A stretch of DNA of 64,000 bases from Candidatus Dormibacter sp. (GCA_039922495.1 JBDTEO010000024.1:30459-94458), one strand, 5' to 3'; positions 8,239 to 18,121 are shown, numbered from the stretch's first letter. Numbers and translations are program-made. The notes: a model not told the origin generated them from the sequence alone.

Positions 8239-11200
8239 TTGCGCTGGCCCTGCGCTCATGCTTATGCTGTTGAAAGCACAGCTGCTCGCGGACAGGAGGG
8301 CGAACACATCCAGGAACCCGAGTCCAGACTGGGAGCGATTGGCCGGTTGGGGGTGTCGCCGCAACCCGCATCACGAGAATCGATCGAGAAGGCGCCGCGC
8401 ACGCGCCATGCCGACACGGTCGTCACCTCGGTCTGCCCCTACTGCGCGGTCGGGTGCAGCCAGCTGATCTACGTCAAGGACAAGAAGATCATCGACATCG
8501 AGGGCAACCCCGAGTCGCCGATCAACGAGGGCACGCTCTGCCCGAAGGGCGCCTCAACCTATCAGTACGTGGTCAACCCGAACCGGGTGCAGACGGTGCG
8601 CTATCGCGCCCCCTACTCGGACCACTGGGAGCATCGCCCGCTGGAGTGGGCGATGGACCGGATCGCCCAGCGGATCAAGGAGACCCGCGACGAAACCTTC
8701 GTCGAGCGGACGCCCGACGGCAAACTGGTCAATCACACGACGGCGATCGCGACGCTCGGCGGCGCGACCATGGACAACGAAGAGAACTACCTGATCAAGA
8801 AGCTCTTCGGTGGCGGTCTGGGCGTGGTCTCGATCGAGAACCAGGCGCGAATATGACATAGCTCGACGGTCCCCGGTCTGGGGACAAGCTTCGGCCGGGG
8901 CGGTGCCACCACCTTCCAGCAGGACCTCGCCAACTCCGACGCCATTCTGATCATGGGATCGAACATGGCCGAGGCGCACCCGGTTGGCTTTCGCTGGCCG
9001 ATGAAAGCAAAAGAGAAAGGGGCAACCATCATCCACGTTGATCCCCGGTTCACGCGGACCTCAGCCTTAGCCAGCCTGTACGTGCCGATCAGGCCAGGCA
9101 GTGACATCGCGTTCCTGGGCGGCCTCATCAATTACATCCTGACCCACGACAAATGGTTCAAGGAGTACGTGATGGCGTACACGAACGCATCGACGCTCGT
9201 GGACAACGGCTATGTTGACGCGGAGGACAACGATGGGATGTTCTCCGGATTTGACGCGCCGAACAACCGCTATGACAACAGCACGTGGACCTACGCCGGG
9301 CCGCCCCGCGAACAGAAGGAAGACGCCGCTTCGCATTCTGGACATGGGCAGGAAGGGACGAGCCCGGCTAAGCACGCGCCCTACCGGGACGAGACGTTGC
9401 AGGATCCCCGTTCCGTCTTCCAGATCCTCAAGCGGCATTTCGCCCGCTACACCCCGGAGATGGTCGAGCAGGTCTGCGGAACCCCCAGCGCTTCGCTCAT
9501 CGAGGTGGCCGAGATCCTGGCGAAGAACTCGGGGCGGGAACGGACGTCCTCGATCTGCTACGCGGTCGGTTGGACCCAACAGAGTTTCGGGCCGCAGATC
9601 ATCCGGGCGGCCGGAATTCTCCAATTGCTGCTCGGAAATATGGGACGGCCCGGTGGCGGGATCATGGCGCTTCGCGGTCATGCCTCGATCCAGGGATCGA
9701 CCGACGTCCCGACCCTCTTTGATCTTTTGCCAGGTTACCTCCCGCAGCCGGCCAGCTTCAAGGGGGACGACACGCTGGAAAAGTACATGGAGGAATCCGA
9801 AGTTCGGGGCGGCTACTGGTCGAATCTGCCCAAGTTCATGGTCTCGCTGCTGAAGGCGTGGTACGGCGGGGCAGCCTCGAAAGCCAACGAGTTCGGGTAC
9901 CACTGGGTTCCCAAGATCACCGGCGATCACTCGCACATCACGACCGCGACGGAGATGGCCGACGGAAAGGTCAAGGGCTTCATCGTGTTCGGGCAGAATC
10001 CAGCAGCCGGAAGTCCCAATGCCCGACTGCAACGCAAGGCGCTCCGCGAGCTCGGCTGGCTCGTAACGATCGACCTCTATGAGACGGAGACCGCGGCGTT
10101 CTGGTATGCGGCGCCCGAAGGGGTCGATCCGAAGACGATCAAGACCGAGGTTTTCCTTATGCCGACCGCGGCACCAGCCGAAAAGGACGGAACCTTTACC
10201 AACACGCAGCGACTTCTGCAGTGGCACGATAAGGCGGTCGACCCGCAAGGTGACACGCGGTCGGATCTCTGGTTCGTTTATCATCTTGGCCGCCGCCTCA
10301 AGGGCCTCTACAAGGATTCCACCGCGGCGAAAGACCAGGGCTTGTTGAATCTCACCTGGGACTATCTCCCCGATCACCCGGATCCACGATGGCGTATCGC
10401 GGACGAACCCTCGGCAGCCAAGGTTCTGCAGGAGATCAACGGCTACACCGTCGGCGACGGCAAGCTCCTGTCAGGTTTTCCGGAGCTAAAGGACGATGGG
10501 TCGACGGCCTGCGGCGTCTGGATCTACTCCGGCGTGTACCCGGCGGAGGGGCAGAACATGGCGCGTCGCCGCAATAAAGGTGATGGATGGGTCAGCCCGG
10601 AATGGGGATTCGCGTGGCCCGGCAACCGTCGCATGCTCTATAACCGCGCGTCGGCGGACCCGGAGGGGCGGCCATGGTCGGAGCGGAAGAAGTACGTCTG
10701 GTGGGATCTCGTGCAACGGAAATGGACCGGGTACGACGTTCCCGACTTCCCGGAAACTAAGGCGCCGGGCACGCCGGCACAGGCCAATGCAAGCGGAACC
10801 GACGCTCACTCCGGCTCAGACCCGTTCACGCTCAAGGCGGACGGTCGTGGCTGGCTCTTCGCGCCGAGCGGGCTCAAGGATGGGCCCCTTCCAACCCACT
10901 ACGAACCACTCGAGTCGCCGCTGACCAATTCGCTCTACGACCAGCAGAGCAGTCCGGTGGCCAAGCGGATGGCTCGCAAGGACAACCGGCTCAGCCCTCC
11001 GGGTGACCCGCGGTATCCGTTTGCCGTGACCACATACCGCGTGACCGAACAGTACCTCTCGGGCGTCATGTCCCGGTGGAACAGCTGGCTCGCCGAGCTG
11101 ATGCCGGAGATGTTTGCCGAGATCAGTCCGGAGCTTGCTGCCCTTCGGGGCCTGAACAACAAGGACTGGATGGTGGTGTCGACCCCGCGTGGCGAGATCG

Positions 11201-11409
11201 AATGCCGGGCGCTCGTGACCAAGCGCATGCGCCCCCTGCGCCTCGGCGACCAGATCATCCATACGGTCGGGCTGCCGATCCACTGGGGATACAAGGGCCT
11301 GGTCAAAGGAGCGATGGCCAACGACCTGGTTGCTCTCTCGGAAGAACCCAACGTCTACATCCAGGAGGACAAGGCCTTCACCTGCGACATCCGTCGGGGG
11401 CGCCGGTGA
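8239..11409 (+). CDS. fdnG: Formate dehydrogenase alpha subunit (FdnG/FdoG-type, molybdopterin), selenocysteine at in-frame TGA 8854-8856
   Basis: Track ORFs 8239..8856 and 8953..11409 are in the same frame. Translation through the TGA gives ...IENQARI-U-HSSTVPGLGTSFGRGGATTFQQ, matching the E. coli FdnG Sec motif (NQARVUHGPTVA..FGRGAMT). An N-terminal 4Fe-4S Cys cluster is present (CPYCAVGCS). The true start is likely downstream of 8239 (TTG/GTG near 8347-8355). No Tat motif was found. Confidence 0.93.
8866..8888 (+). promoter_or_regulatory. Bacterial SECIS-like hairpin downstream of the UGA-Sec codon
   Basis: GUCCCC-GGUCU-GGGGAC: 6-bp GC stem with GGUCU apical loop about 12-20 nt 3' of the UGA. 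This resembles the fdhF-type SECIS loop. Confidence 0.6.
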
Positions 11410-12251
11410 TCGACAGCTACAAACGCCTCATGAACCTCGAGGCGCCGCCAGCAGCGCGCAAAGTTAAGGGCTTCTTTACCGACACGAGCCTTTGCATCGG
11501 GTGTAAGGCGTGCGAGGTCGCCTGCAAGCAATGGAACCAGTTGCCCGCGGACGGATTTGCGATGACCGGCAACAGCTACGACAACACCGGGGCGCTCGGT
11601 GCCACGACCTGGCGGCATGTGCAGTTCATCGAGCAGGCAGAGGCAAACGGGAGCCGGCAGGACCAGCGTTGGCTGATGATGTCGGACGTCTGCAAGCACT
11701 GCGCCAATGCGGCCTGCCTGGAGGCCTGTCCGACCGGATCGTTGGTCCGGACCGAGTTTGGGTCGGTCTACGTCCAGCAGGACATCTGTAACGGGTGCGG
11801 CTTCTGCGTGCCGGCGTGCCCGTTCGGGGTGATCGACCGGGCTCCCAAGGGCGGCCAGTTCGAGGCCGGGACGGCGCACAAGTGCACCCTCTGCTACGAC
11901 CGGCTCAAGGACGACATGACCCCCGCCTGCGCCAAGGCATGTCCGACCGCGTCGATCCAGTTCGGCGACGTCGAGGAGCTGCGCGACCGTGCCCGCGCCC
12001 GCCTTGGTGAGTTGCAGGCCCGAGGCGAGACGACGGCTCGCCTCTACGGTATGCCGGAAGGCAAGGAGGCCGCCGAGATCGGTCCACTGAATGCCTTCTT
12101 CTTGCTACTCGACGAGCCGAGGACGTACAACCTCCCGGACCTCCCGCGCCTGCCGCGCACCACGATGGTGGAACGCTATAGCTGGAGCGCCGCCGTCGGG
12201 GTGGGGTTCGCCCTCGCCGGCGCGCTGCTCTTCGCTCGCCGGCGCGCATGA
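11406..12251 (+). CDS. fdnH: Formate dehydrogenase beta subunit (4x[4Fe-4S] ferredoxin, FdnH-like) with C-terminal TM anchor
   Basis: Multiple CxxCxxCxxxCP motifs (CIGCKACEVAC, CKHCANAACLEACP, CNGCGFCVPACP, CTLCYDR). C-terminal hydrophobic helix. GTG start overlaps the alpha stop. Confidence 0.9.
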   Translation: MIDSYKRLMNLEAPPAARKVKGFFTDTSLCIGCKACEVACKQWNQLPADGFAMTGNSYDNTGALGATTWRHVQFIEQAEANGSRQDQRWLMMSDVCKHCANAACLEACPTGSLVRTEFGSVYVQQDICNGCGFCVPACPFGVIDRAPKGGQFEAGTAHKCTLCYDRLKDDMTPACAKACPTASIQFGDVEELRDRARARLGELQARGETTARLYGMPEGKEAAEIGPLNAFFLLLDEPRTYNLPDLPRLPRTTMVERYSWSAAVGVGFALAGALLFARRRA

Positions 12252-13189
12252 GCGAGACCTCGCCCCCTTCCGGCTACTACGACTACCCGGTTGTCAAGCG
12301 CCCGGTCTGGACCTGGGAGATTCCCGTCTACTTCTGGCTGGGTGGGATGGGGGCCGGCGCCTTCATCACCACCTCGCTCATCCAGCGCTTCGGATCGGAC
12401 GACGAGGCCGGGCGCACCGCCGGCGGCTTCTACGTGGCGGCCGCGACGCTCCTCCCGTGCACGCCGCTGCTGATCAAAGACCTCGGCCGGCCCGACCGCT
12501 TTCATCATATGTTGCGTATCTTCAAGCCCCTCTCGCCCATGAACCTGGGGGCCTGGACGCTCGCCGCCCTGACGCCGGTGGCGCTCGCCCGCGCCGGCCG
12601 TCGAGCCGCAGACCAGGGTCTGTTGACGGGACCGGCCCGGGCGCTCGCGCGCCTGCTTCCCACGACGCTGCTCGAGCTTTGCGGCAGTGCCCTGGGTCTG
12701 GTCCTGGCCGGCTACACCGGCGTGCTCCTGGCGGCGACCAACATTCCCCTCTGGGCAAAGAGCAAACTCCTGGGCGGGCTCTTCACCGCGTCGGCGTTGT
12801 CCAGCGGTTCCGCGGCGGTCAGCCTGGCGGCGGGCCGCCGGCTACCTGATGCTCTCCGGCACCGGCTTTCGCTCCTCGAGTCCGCCGCCTCCGCGACCGA
12901 GCTCGCGCTGCTGGCGGGTTACGTGGTCCAGTCGGGCGAGACCGCGCGACCGCTCACCCGCGAACGCGTGGCGCCGCTCTTCTGGATCGGCGCGGTCGGG
13001 ATGGGTTCGGTGCTTCCCCTCGTCCTATACGGCATGGCCAGGCGGCGATCGGGCCGCGCACTACGCCTGCTGTCCACGGGGGCGTCGCTGGCGGCCATCG
13101 CCGGCTCGCTCGCCCTGCGCTGGACGGTGTTCGAGGCGGGCAAAGACTCCTCCCACGACCAGGCGGCGTCCTTTACCCTGTCGAGCTAG
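12248..13189 (+). CDS. NrfD/PsrC-family polytopic membrane subunit (quinone-interacting anchor of the FDH)
   Basis: 313 aa. 8 or more TM segments. NrfD-like N-terminal motif WEIPVYFWLGGMGAGAF. ATGA overlap with the beta subunit. Confidence 0.8.
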   Translation: MSETSPPSGYYDYPVVKRPVWTWEIPVYFWLGGMGAGAFITTSLIQRFGSDDEAGRTAGGFYVAAATLLPCTPLLIKDLGRPDRFHHMLRIFKPLSPMNLGAWTLAALTPVALARAGRRAADQGLLTGPARALARLLPTTLLELCGSALGLVLAGYTGVLLAATNIPLWAKSKLLGGLFTASALSSGSAAVSLAAGRRLPDALRHRLSLLESAASATELALLAGYVVQSGETARPLTRERVAPLFWIGAVGMGSVLPLVLYGMARRRSGRALRLLSTGASLAAIAGSLALRWTVFEAGKDSSHDQAASFTLSS

Positions 13190-13413
13190 GGCGCGTGACC
13201 GCAGTTGTAGTGGGCCTGGTGGCAGGAGACCTGCTCCGGCGTCTGCCCGCTGGTGTCGAAGCTGGTGACAATGTCCCAGTAGGTGTTCTGGACCGTGTTC
13301 CCCATCACCATCATCGTCACGATCACGACGACGGCGACCAGCGTCAGGATCAGGGCAAGCTCGATCATGCCCTGGCCCCGTTGCTTTAACCGGCGCCGCA
13401 GTCCGCTCTTCAT
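13186..13413 (-). CDS. flp: Flp/Fap-family type IVb pilin with C-terminal Cys-containing extension
   Basis: 75 aa. Basic leader, then G/MIELALILTLVAVVVI hydrophobic core typical of the Flp prepilin (cleavage-site-like GQG|MIEL). The tail has CHQAHYNCGH with two Cys. Confidence 0.72.
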   Translation of the reverse strand: MKSGLRRRLKQRGQGMIELALILTLVAVVVIVTMMVMGNTVQNTYWDIVTSFDTSGQTPEQVSCHQAHYNCGHAP

Positions 13414-13481
13414 GGTCTATCTACTAATAAAACGTTCGTCAGCAGACAACCAATCGGACCATACGAACGGCCTTACGACGG

Positions 13482-13679
13482 TTAGGGCGAGGAGCTTGCC
13501 CCCACGGAGACGTTGACATTGGTGGTCGTCGATGGCGTCCCGGACCCGAACCAGTGGCCACCACCGAAGAACCCGTAGTAGGCGAGGAACAGCAGCAGCA
13601 CGATCACCACGATGGCGAAGATGGCGACGACGCCGGCCGACGAGTCGCCCGCTTGCCCCCGCAATCTGAGCTCACGCAT
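13482..13679 (-). CDS. Small single-TM protein (65 aa), possible minor pilin-like
   Basis: Basic N-terminus, one strongly hydrophobic helix (VVAIFAIVVIVLLLFLAYYGFFGG), Ser/Thr-rich tail. Same strand as and adjacent to flp. No recognisable family. Confidence 0.35.
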   Translation of the reverse strand: MRELRLRGQAGDSSAGVVAIFAIVVIVLLLFLAYYGFFGGGHWFGSGTPSTTTNVNVSVGASSSP

Positions 13680-13729
13680 GGGACATCACCTCCGTTTTCC
13701 CGAGTCTAGGCACAATCCGTGCCGGGGCG

Positions 13730-15622
13730 CTACTTGTTGAGTTGCGAGCCGGCCTGCTGGACCTGTGGAGTCGAGCTGGGGCCGAGCGCGGTCGTGAAAT
13801 GCCAGGTCCGGTGAAAGGCGAACCCATTGATCGTTCCGGTGAGGTCCATGGTGTACGTCGTCCCGGGTTGTAGGGGCGTGTTGGCCAGGTAGGCAAAGGA
13901 GTTCTCCGTCGTCGTCGTGCTCGGATCGCCGGGTAACAGCGAGACGCCAGGCAGGTCACCGCCGGTCGGGCCCCGGAAATGGAACCCGGTGATCGTGACC
14001 CTGGCATTGCGGTCGAAGGTCGCGGTGACCGGGTAGCCGATCGGGTAGGCGGCGTTGGGGGCGGGGTCGGGGATCTCGTTGCCGTTGAAGGCGGTCGGCA
14101 CGCCGACCTGGTTTGGCGCCGGGTAGAGGATGACCTGGCTGCCGGACGTCTCGCGATAGGACATGTCCATCACCTGCACCGTCAGCGGACCGAGGTAGGC
14201 GTCGCCGTAGCCGAGTTCCAGGAGGTCGGCTCGAAGGATGGGGAAGCGGTGATAGACAGAGTCGATCCAGTCCGAGACGGCCCCGGCCGGGTCGGACCGA
14301 TGGGTGATCACCTCCGCCATCGATCGAGTCGGATAGCCGAAATGCTGGGCCCTGGTGAGGACATTGTCGCCCACGTACCCCTGGCTGTCCGCCTGTTCTT
14401 TATGGATGCCGAGGTCCCGGATGCTCGGGCTGGCGGCATTAAAGAAGGTGTAAAACGCGTGCGCGAGGGCGGACTGGTGGATGATCGCCGAGCGCCCCAC
14501 CGGCCCCAGCCCGGCCAGCTTCCGGTAACGGTTGACCGCCGCCAGGGCCAGCGTCTCCCGGTCGGCGGCCGCCTTGTCCAGGTCGACGTTACCGGGCCCG
14601 GGAGTCGGGCTTCCGGCGGGTGCCGAAGGAGCCACGAGGTGCTGCGCTGCCGCCAGCGCGCCTGCGTCGTCTTTGGTGAGGTAGCGCAGCACGGCGACCA
14701 GGTAGGCGCCCGCCTCCTGGTCCGAGGGCTGCACCGCCAGCGCGGCGCGCTCATCCTTTGCCGCTGTCGCGGCGTCTTTGTCGAGCGCGACCGCGATCTG
14801 TCCCAGGATCTTGAGGTCGAGCGCGCTCCGAGGCTGGAGCTGCAGCGCGGCCCGGTAGGCCGTCTTGGCCACCGCGTAATCCTGGGCGAAGAGGGCCACG
14901 TCGCCGAGTTGCTCGCGAAGGCCGGCGTCATCGGGTGAGAGGCTGGCCGCCCGCTGCAGGTAGCTCGTCGCGGAGGGGAGATCCTGTCGCGCGATCGAGA
15001 AGCGGGCCAGTTCGAGCAGTCGCTCGACCCAGCCGGGCTGGTCCGCGGCGGCCAGCTTGAGGTGGATCAGGGCGTTGGGGTAGTCCTTCAAGTCCCGGTA
15101 GTAATTGCCCCAGTTCCGTTCGACCTCGGCGCGGTCGTAGGCGGTCCCCTTCTTCGCCAGGTCGGCGCCCGCGATTAGCTGCGCCTTCGCTTCCGGGTAT
15201 TTCCCAATGTCGGCCAGCGCCTCGCCGTAGAAGGCTCGGGCCAGCGCCGAGTTGGGCGCGGACTTGACGGCGGCGGCCCCGGCGGTGGCGGCCGCGGTCA
15301 GCTGGTTGTTCCAGTCCTGGACCCGGGTGACGATTGCCTGGATGTAGCCGTCATTGGGGGCCAGCTTCTGCGCCGCCAGCGCTTGCTCGAGCGCCTGTTG
15401 CTGCTTGGTTTGATAGTTGAGGACAAGGGCGTAGTTCGCGTGCAGCCTTGCATCCTGTGGGTGGGCCTTGAGCGAATCCTGGAGCTGCGCCGTCGCCGCC
15501 GCGTACTTGTTGTGGAACATGAGGTCCAACGCCGAGTCGGCGGTTGGCGTCGACCTGGGCACCATCTGGGTGCAAGCGCTCAGCACAGCGGCCAGGACGA
15601 AAACTGCGACGCGCCGCCTCAC
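13730..15622 (-). CDS. Lipoprotein with N-terminal TPR repeats and CAP/SCP (PR-1-like) domain (TadD-like TPR lipoprotein?)
   Basis: Signal peptide plus lipobox (VLSAC). Multiple TPR-like Ala/Leu-rich repeats. CAP-domain signatures (NRYRKLAGLGPV...HQSALAHAFY). GTG start. Confidence 0.72.
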   Translation of the reverse strand: MRRRVAVFVLAAVLSACTQMVPRSTPTADSALDLMFHNKYAAATAQLQDSLKAHPQDARLHANYALVLNYQTKQQQALEQALAAQKLAPNDGYIQAIVTRVQDWNNQLTAAATAGAAAVKSAPNSALARAFYGEALADIGKYPEAKAQLIAGADLAKKGTAYDRAEVERNWGNYYRDLKDYPNALIHLKLAAADQPGWVERLLELARFSIARQDLPSATSYLQRAASLSPDDAGLREQLGDVALFAQDYAVAKTAYRAALQLQPRSALDLKILGQIAVALDKDAATAAKDERAALAVQPSDQEAGAYLVAVLRYLTKDDAGALAAAQHLVAPSAPAGSPTPGPGNVDLDKAAADRETLALAAVNRYRKLAGLGPVGRSAIIHQSALAHAFYTFFNAASPSIRDLGIHKEQADSQGYVGDNVLTRAQHFGYPTRSMAEVITHRSDPAGAVSDWIDSVYHRFPILRADLLELGYGDAYLGPLTVQVMDMSYRETSGSQVILYPAPNQVGVPTAFNGNEIPDPAPNAAYPIGYPVTATFDRNARVTITGFHFRGPTGGDLPGVSLLPGDPSTTTTENSFAYLANTPLQPGTTYTMDLTGTINGFAFHRTWHFTTALGPSSTPQVQQAGSQLNK

Positions 15623-15710
15623 GAGGAGCAGTGTATCGAGCCTCCTTAAGAACTAATTAACGCCGCGGTGTCACGGTATCGTGACCGCGGCGTAGCCGGT
15701 AGCCACCTGA

Positions 15711-17447
15711 ATGGCACCTAGACTCAACCGGATGACCGAGCGGGCGCGCAAGCTTGATGCGAGCCGGCTCCGCGTCCTGGCGGGTGGCACGCCGACCCCG
15801 GCGCCATCCTACCGCCTGCTCACGCAGGTCAGCGCCGCGCTCAGCACCTCGCTGAACCTGGACCGGACGCTGCAAGAAATCCTCGAGCGCATGAACGCGC
15901 TGGTCGCCTTCGACGCCGCCACCGTCTTCTTGCTCGACGATTCCCGGACGGAACTGCACGTCAAGGCCGCCCTCGGCGTGCCGGTCTCCCTCAAGGAAGT
16001 CAAGAGTTTCAAGGTCGGCGAGGGCGTGGTTGGTTGGGTCGTCCGGCATGGCACCACGGCGCTGATCCCGGACTCGTCAAAAGATGCTCGCTACAAGCCG
16101 ACCGGGCCGGAACGCCGGCCCAAGACGGTGCTGGCGGCGCCGCTGCGCGCCCAGGATGTCCTGCTCGGGGCGCTCGTGCTGGTGCGCGCGGCCAAGGAAC
16201 CGTTTGGCCCTGACCACCAACGATTGGTGGAGGCAATCGCCAGCCAGGCCGCCGTCGCCATCGATCACGCCCGCCTTTTCGAAACGGAGCGGGGCTCGCG
16301 GCGCCGGGCGGAAGCGCTGTACGCGACGGCGCAAGCCTGCAGCGAGGCGGTCGGCCTGCCGGAATTGCTCCAAACGGCCGTTAAAGAGGTGGCTCTCACT
16401 ATGCGTGCCACTGTTGCCGCCATCATCATGCCTGACGACGAAGGCGGGACCATCGAGGCCGCCTTTGACGGTGGCTCGGCCACGTCTGCCGCCCTGCAAT
16501 CGCTCGCTGGCCGGCCGGTCGTCGAGGTGAGCGCGATGGTGGCCGTGCGCGATGCCGCTGAGCCGGTCGTGGCCCGTCGAACCCATGGCAGCCGCGTCCC
16601 GTCGGACGAGTGGTGGCCCGGCTCCGACTGCGAGGTGTTCGCCACGGCGCCGATTCGCTGGCAGGGCGGGCTGATCGCGGCCTTGCTCGTCGGATTCGCC
16701 GATCCCGGACGGCTCGAGCCGGCCGAGGTCGAACTTCTTGGAGAAATCGGACGGCAGATCGCCCTTGGCATGGAGCGGCTGCGCCTGCAGGGCCGCGTCC
16801 AGGATCAGCAAAACGAGATGGCGATCGTCGCGGAACGCAACCGGATCGCCCGCGACATGCACGACGGTCTCGTCCAATACGTCTACGCGCTTGGGCTGAG
16901 CCTCGAGCATGCCCGCGATCTGCTCGCGGCGGATCCGCTCTCGGTCGCGCCGTTGCTGACCGGGGCGATCGATCAAACCAACCATGTCCTCTCGGAGATG
17001 CGGACGTTCATCTACCAGCTGCGGCCGATCATCATGAAAGAAAAAGAGATCGGCCAGTGGGTCGTCGACCTCTGTCGCCAGTTTCAACAGGCGACCGGGA
17101 TTGTCGTCACGACCGAGGTCGGTGAGTCAGCCGGCCAGGAGCTCCGACCAGAGATTTCGATCGCGCTCTTCCGGATCATCCAGGAGGCGCTCGCCAACAT
17201 CTATAAGCACGCGCTTGCGAAAAGCGCGCGGCTGGCCCTCGCCTTCGACGCCCACGGCGTCCGGCTGGTGATCCAGGACGACGGCTGCGGATTCACGGTC
17301 AGCGAGCGCCCGGCCCCGGCCATCGAACGTGGGCACGGCCTCGCCAACATCGAGGAACGGGTCCGCCATCTCGGTGCCAGAGTCCATCTCGACAGCGCGC
17401 CCGGCCGCGGCACGCGCCTGGAGGCGGAGTTCCCGTACAGCCGATGA
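15711..17447 (+). CDS. Cytoplasmic sensor histidine kinase, GAF-GAF-HisKA_3-HATPase (NarL-partner type)
   Basis: Two GAF-like domains. HisKA_3 H-box ERNRIARDMHDGLVQ. HATPase_c (LFRIIQEALANIYKHA...IQDDGCGF). Confidence 0.85.
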   Translation: MAPRLNRMTERARKLDASRLRVLAGGTPTPAPSYRLLTQVSAALSTSLNLDRTLQEILERMNALVAFDAATVFLLDDSRTELHVKAALGVPVSLKEVKSFKVGEGVVGWVVRHGTTALIPDSSKDARYKPTGPERRPKTVLAAPLRAQDVLLGALVLVRAAKEPFGPDHQRLVEAIASQAAVAIDHARLFETERGSRRRAEALYATAQACSEAVGLPELLQTAVKEVALTMRATVAAIIMPDDEGGTIEAAFDGGSATSAALQSLAGRPVVEVSAMVAVRDAAEPVVARRTHGSRVPSDEWWPGSDCEVFATAPIRWQGGLIAALLVGFADPGRLEPAEVELLGEIGRQIALGMERLRLQGRVQDQQNEMAIVAERNRIARDMHDGLVQYVYALGLSLEHARDLLAADPLSVAPLLTGAIDQTNHVLSEMRTFIYQLRPIIMKEKEIGQWVVDLCRQFQQATGIVVTTEVGESAGQELRPEISIALFRIIQEALANIYKHALAKSARLALAFDAHGVRLVIQDDGCGFTVSERPAPAIERGHGLANIEERVRHLGARVHLDSAPGRGTRLEAEFPYSR

Positions 17448-18121
17448 GCAATCCCACCGTTCGCCTGCTGATCGCCGACGACCACGAAATGATCCGGCTT
17501 GGGCTCCGCTCCATCCTCGAGTCGGATGCGCGGATCCGCGTCGTCGGTGAGGCGGGGTCGCCGCAGGATGCCGTCTACCAGGCGGCGCTGCTCAGGCCGG
17601 ACGTCGTCCTACTGGATGTCCGGATGCCGGGCGGGAGCGGCATCGATGCCTGCCGTGAGATCCTGGGACGCAACCTCGGCAGCCGCGTCATCATGCTGAC
17701 CTCCTTTGCCGATGAGGACGCCGTCTACGAATCGATCATGGCCGGGGCGTCCGGGTATCTGTTGAAAGAGATCAACAAGGCCGCCCTGATCGAGGCGGTC
17801 ATCTCCGTCTCGGAGGGCCGCTCGCTGCTCGATCCGGAGGTGACGCGGAAGGTCCTGGAACGGATCCGGAAGATGGCGGCCAGCACCGACGACGTCGCGA
17901 AAGCCGCCCTGTCGGAGCAGGAGAAGCGCGTCCTGCGCCTGGCGGCTCACGGGAAGACGAACAAGCAGATTGCGGCCGACCTCTTCCTGTCCGACAAGAC
18001 CGTCAAACACCACATCTCGAACATCCTGAGCAAGCTCAACCTGAGTTCCCGCGCCCAGGCAGCCGTCTGGGCGACCCAGCACGGCCTCCTCGACGAGTTT
18101 CCGGAACGTAAGGCGAGCTAG
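17444..18121 (+). CDS. NarL/LuxR-family response regulator
   Basis: REC domain (LLIADDHEMIRLG...DVVLLDVRMPG) plus C-terminal LuxR HTH (LSEQEKRVLRLAAHGKTNKQIAADLFLSDKTVKHHISNILSKL). Start overlaps the HK stop. Confidence 0.9.
   Translation: MSNPTVRLLIADDHEMIRLGLRSILESDARIRVVGEAGSPQDAVYQAALLRPDVVLLDVRMPGGSGIDACREILGRNLGSRVIMLTSFADEDAVYESIMAGASGYLLKEINKAALIEAVISVSEGRSLLDPEVTRKVLERIRKMAASTDDVAKAALSEQEKRVLRLAAHGKTNKQIAADLFLSDKTVKHHISNILSKLNLSSRAQAAVWATQHGLLDEFPERKAS

Noticed and set aside
8239-8346. ATG 8239 as the true fdnG start
   Set aside because: The first 35 residues (MRWPCAHAYAVESTAARGQ…) have no FDH or signal-peptide character. A downstream TTG/GTG (8347-8355) preceded by GGGAG is at least as plausible. 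Kept only as the outer bound.
9067-10377. 436-aa minus-strand ORF inside the fdnG region
   Set aside because: Antisense to a strongly conserved formate dehydrogenase alpha reading frame; no motifs.
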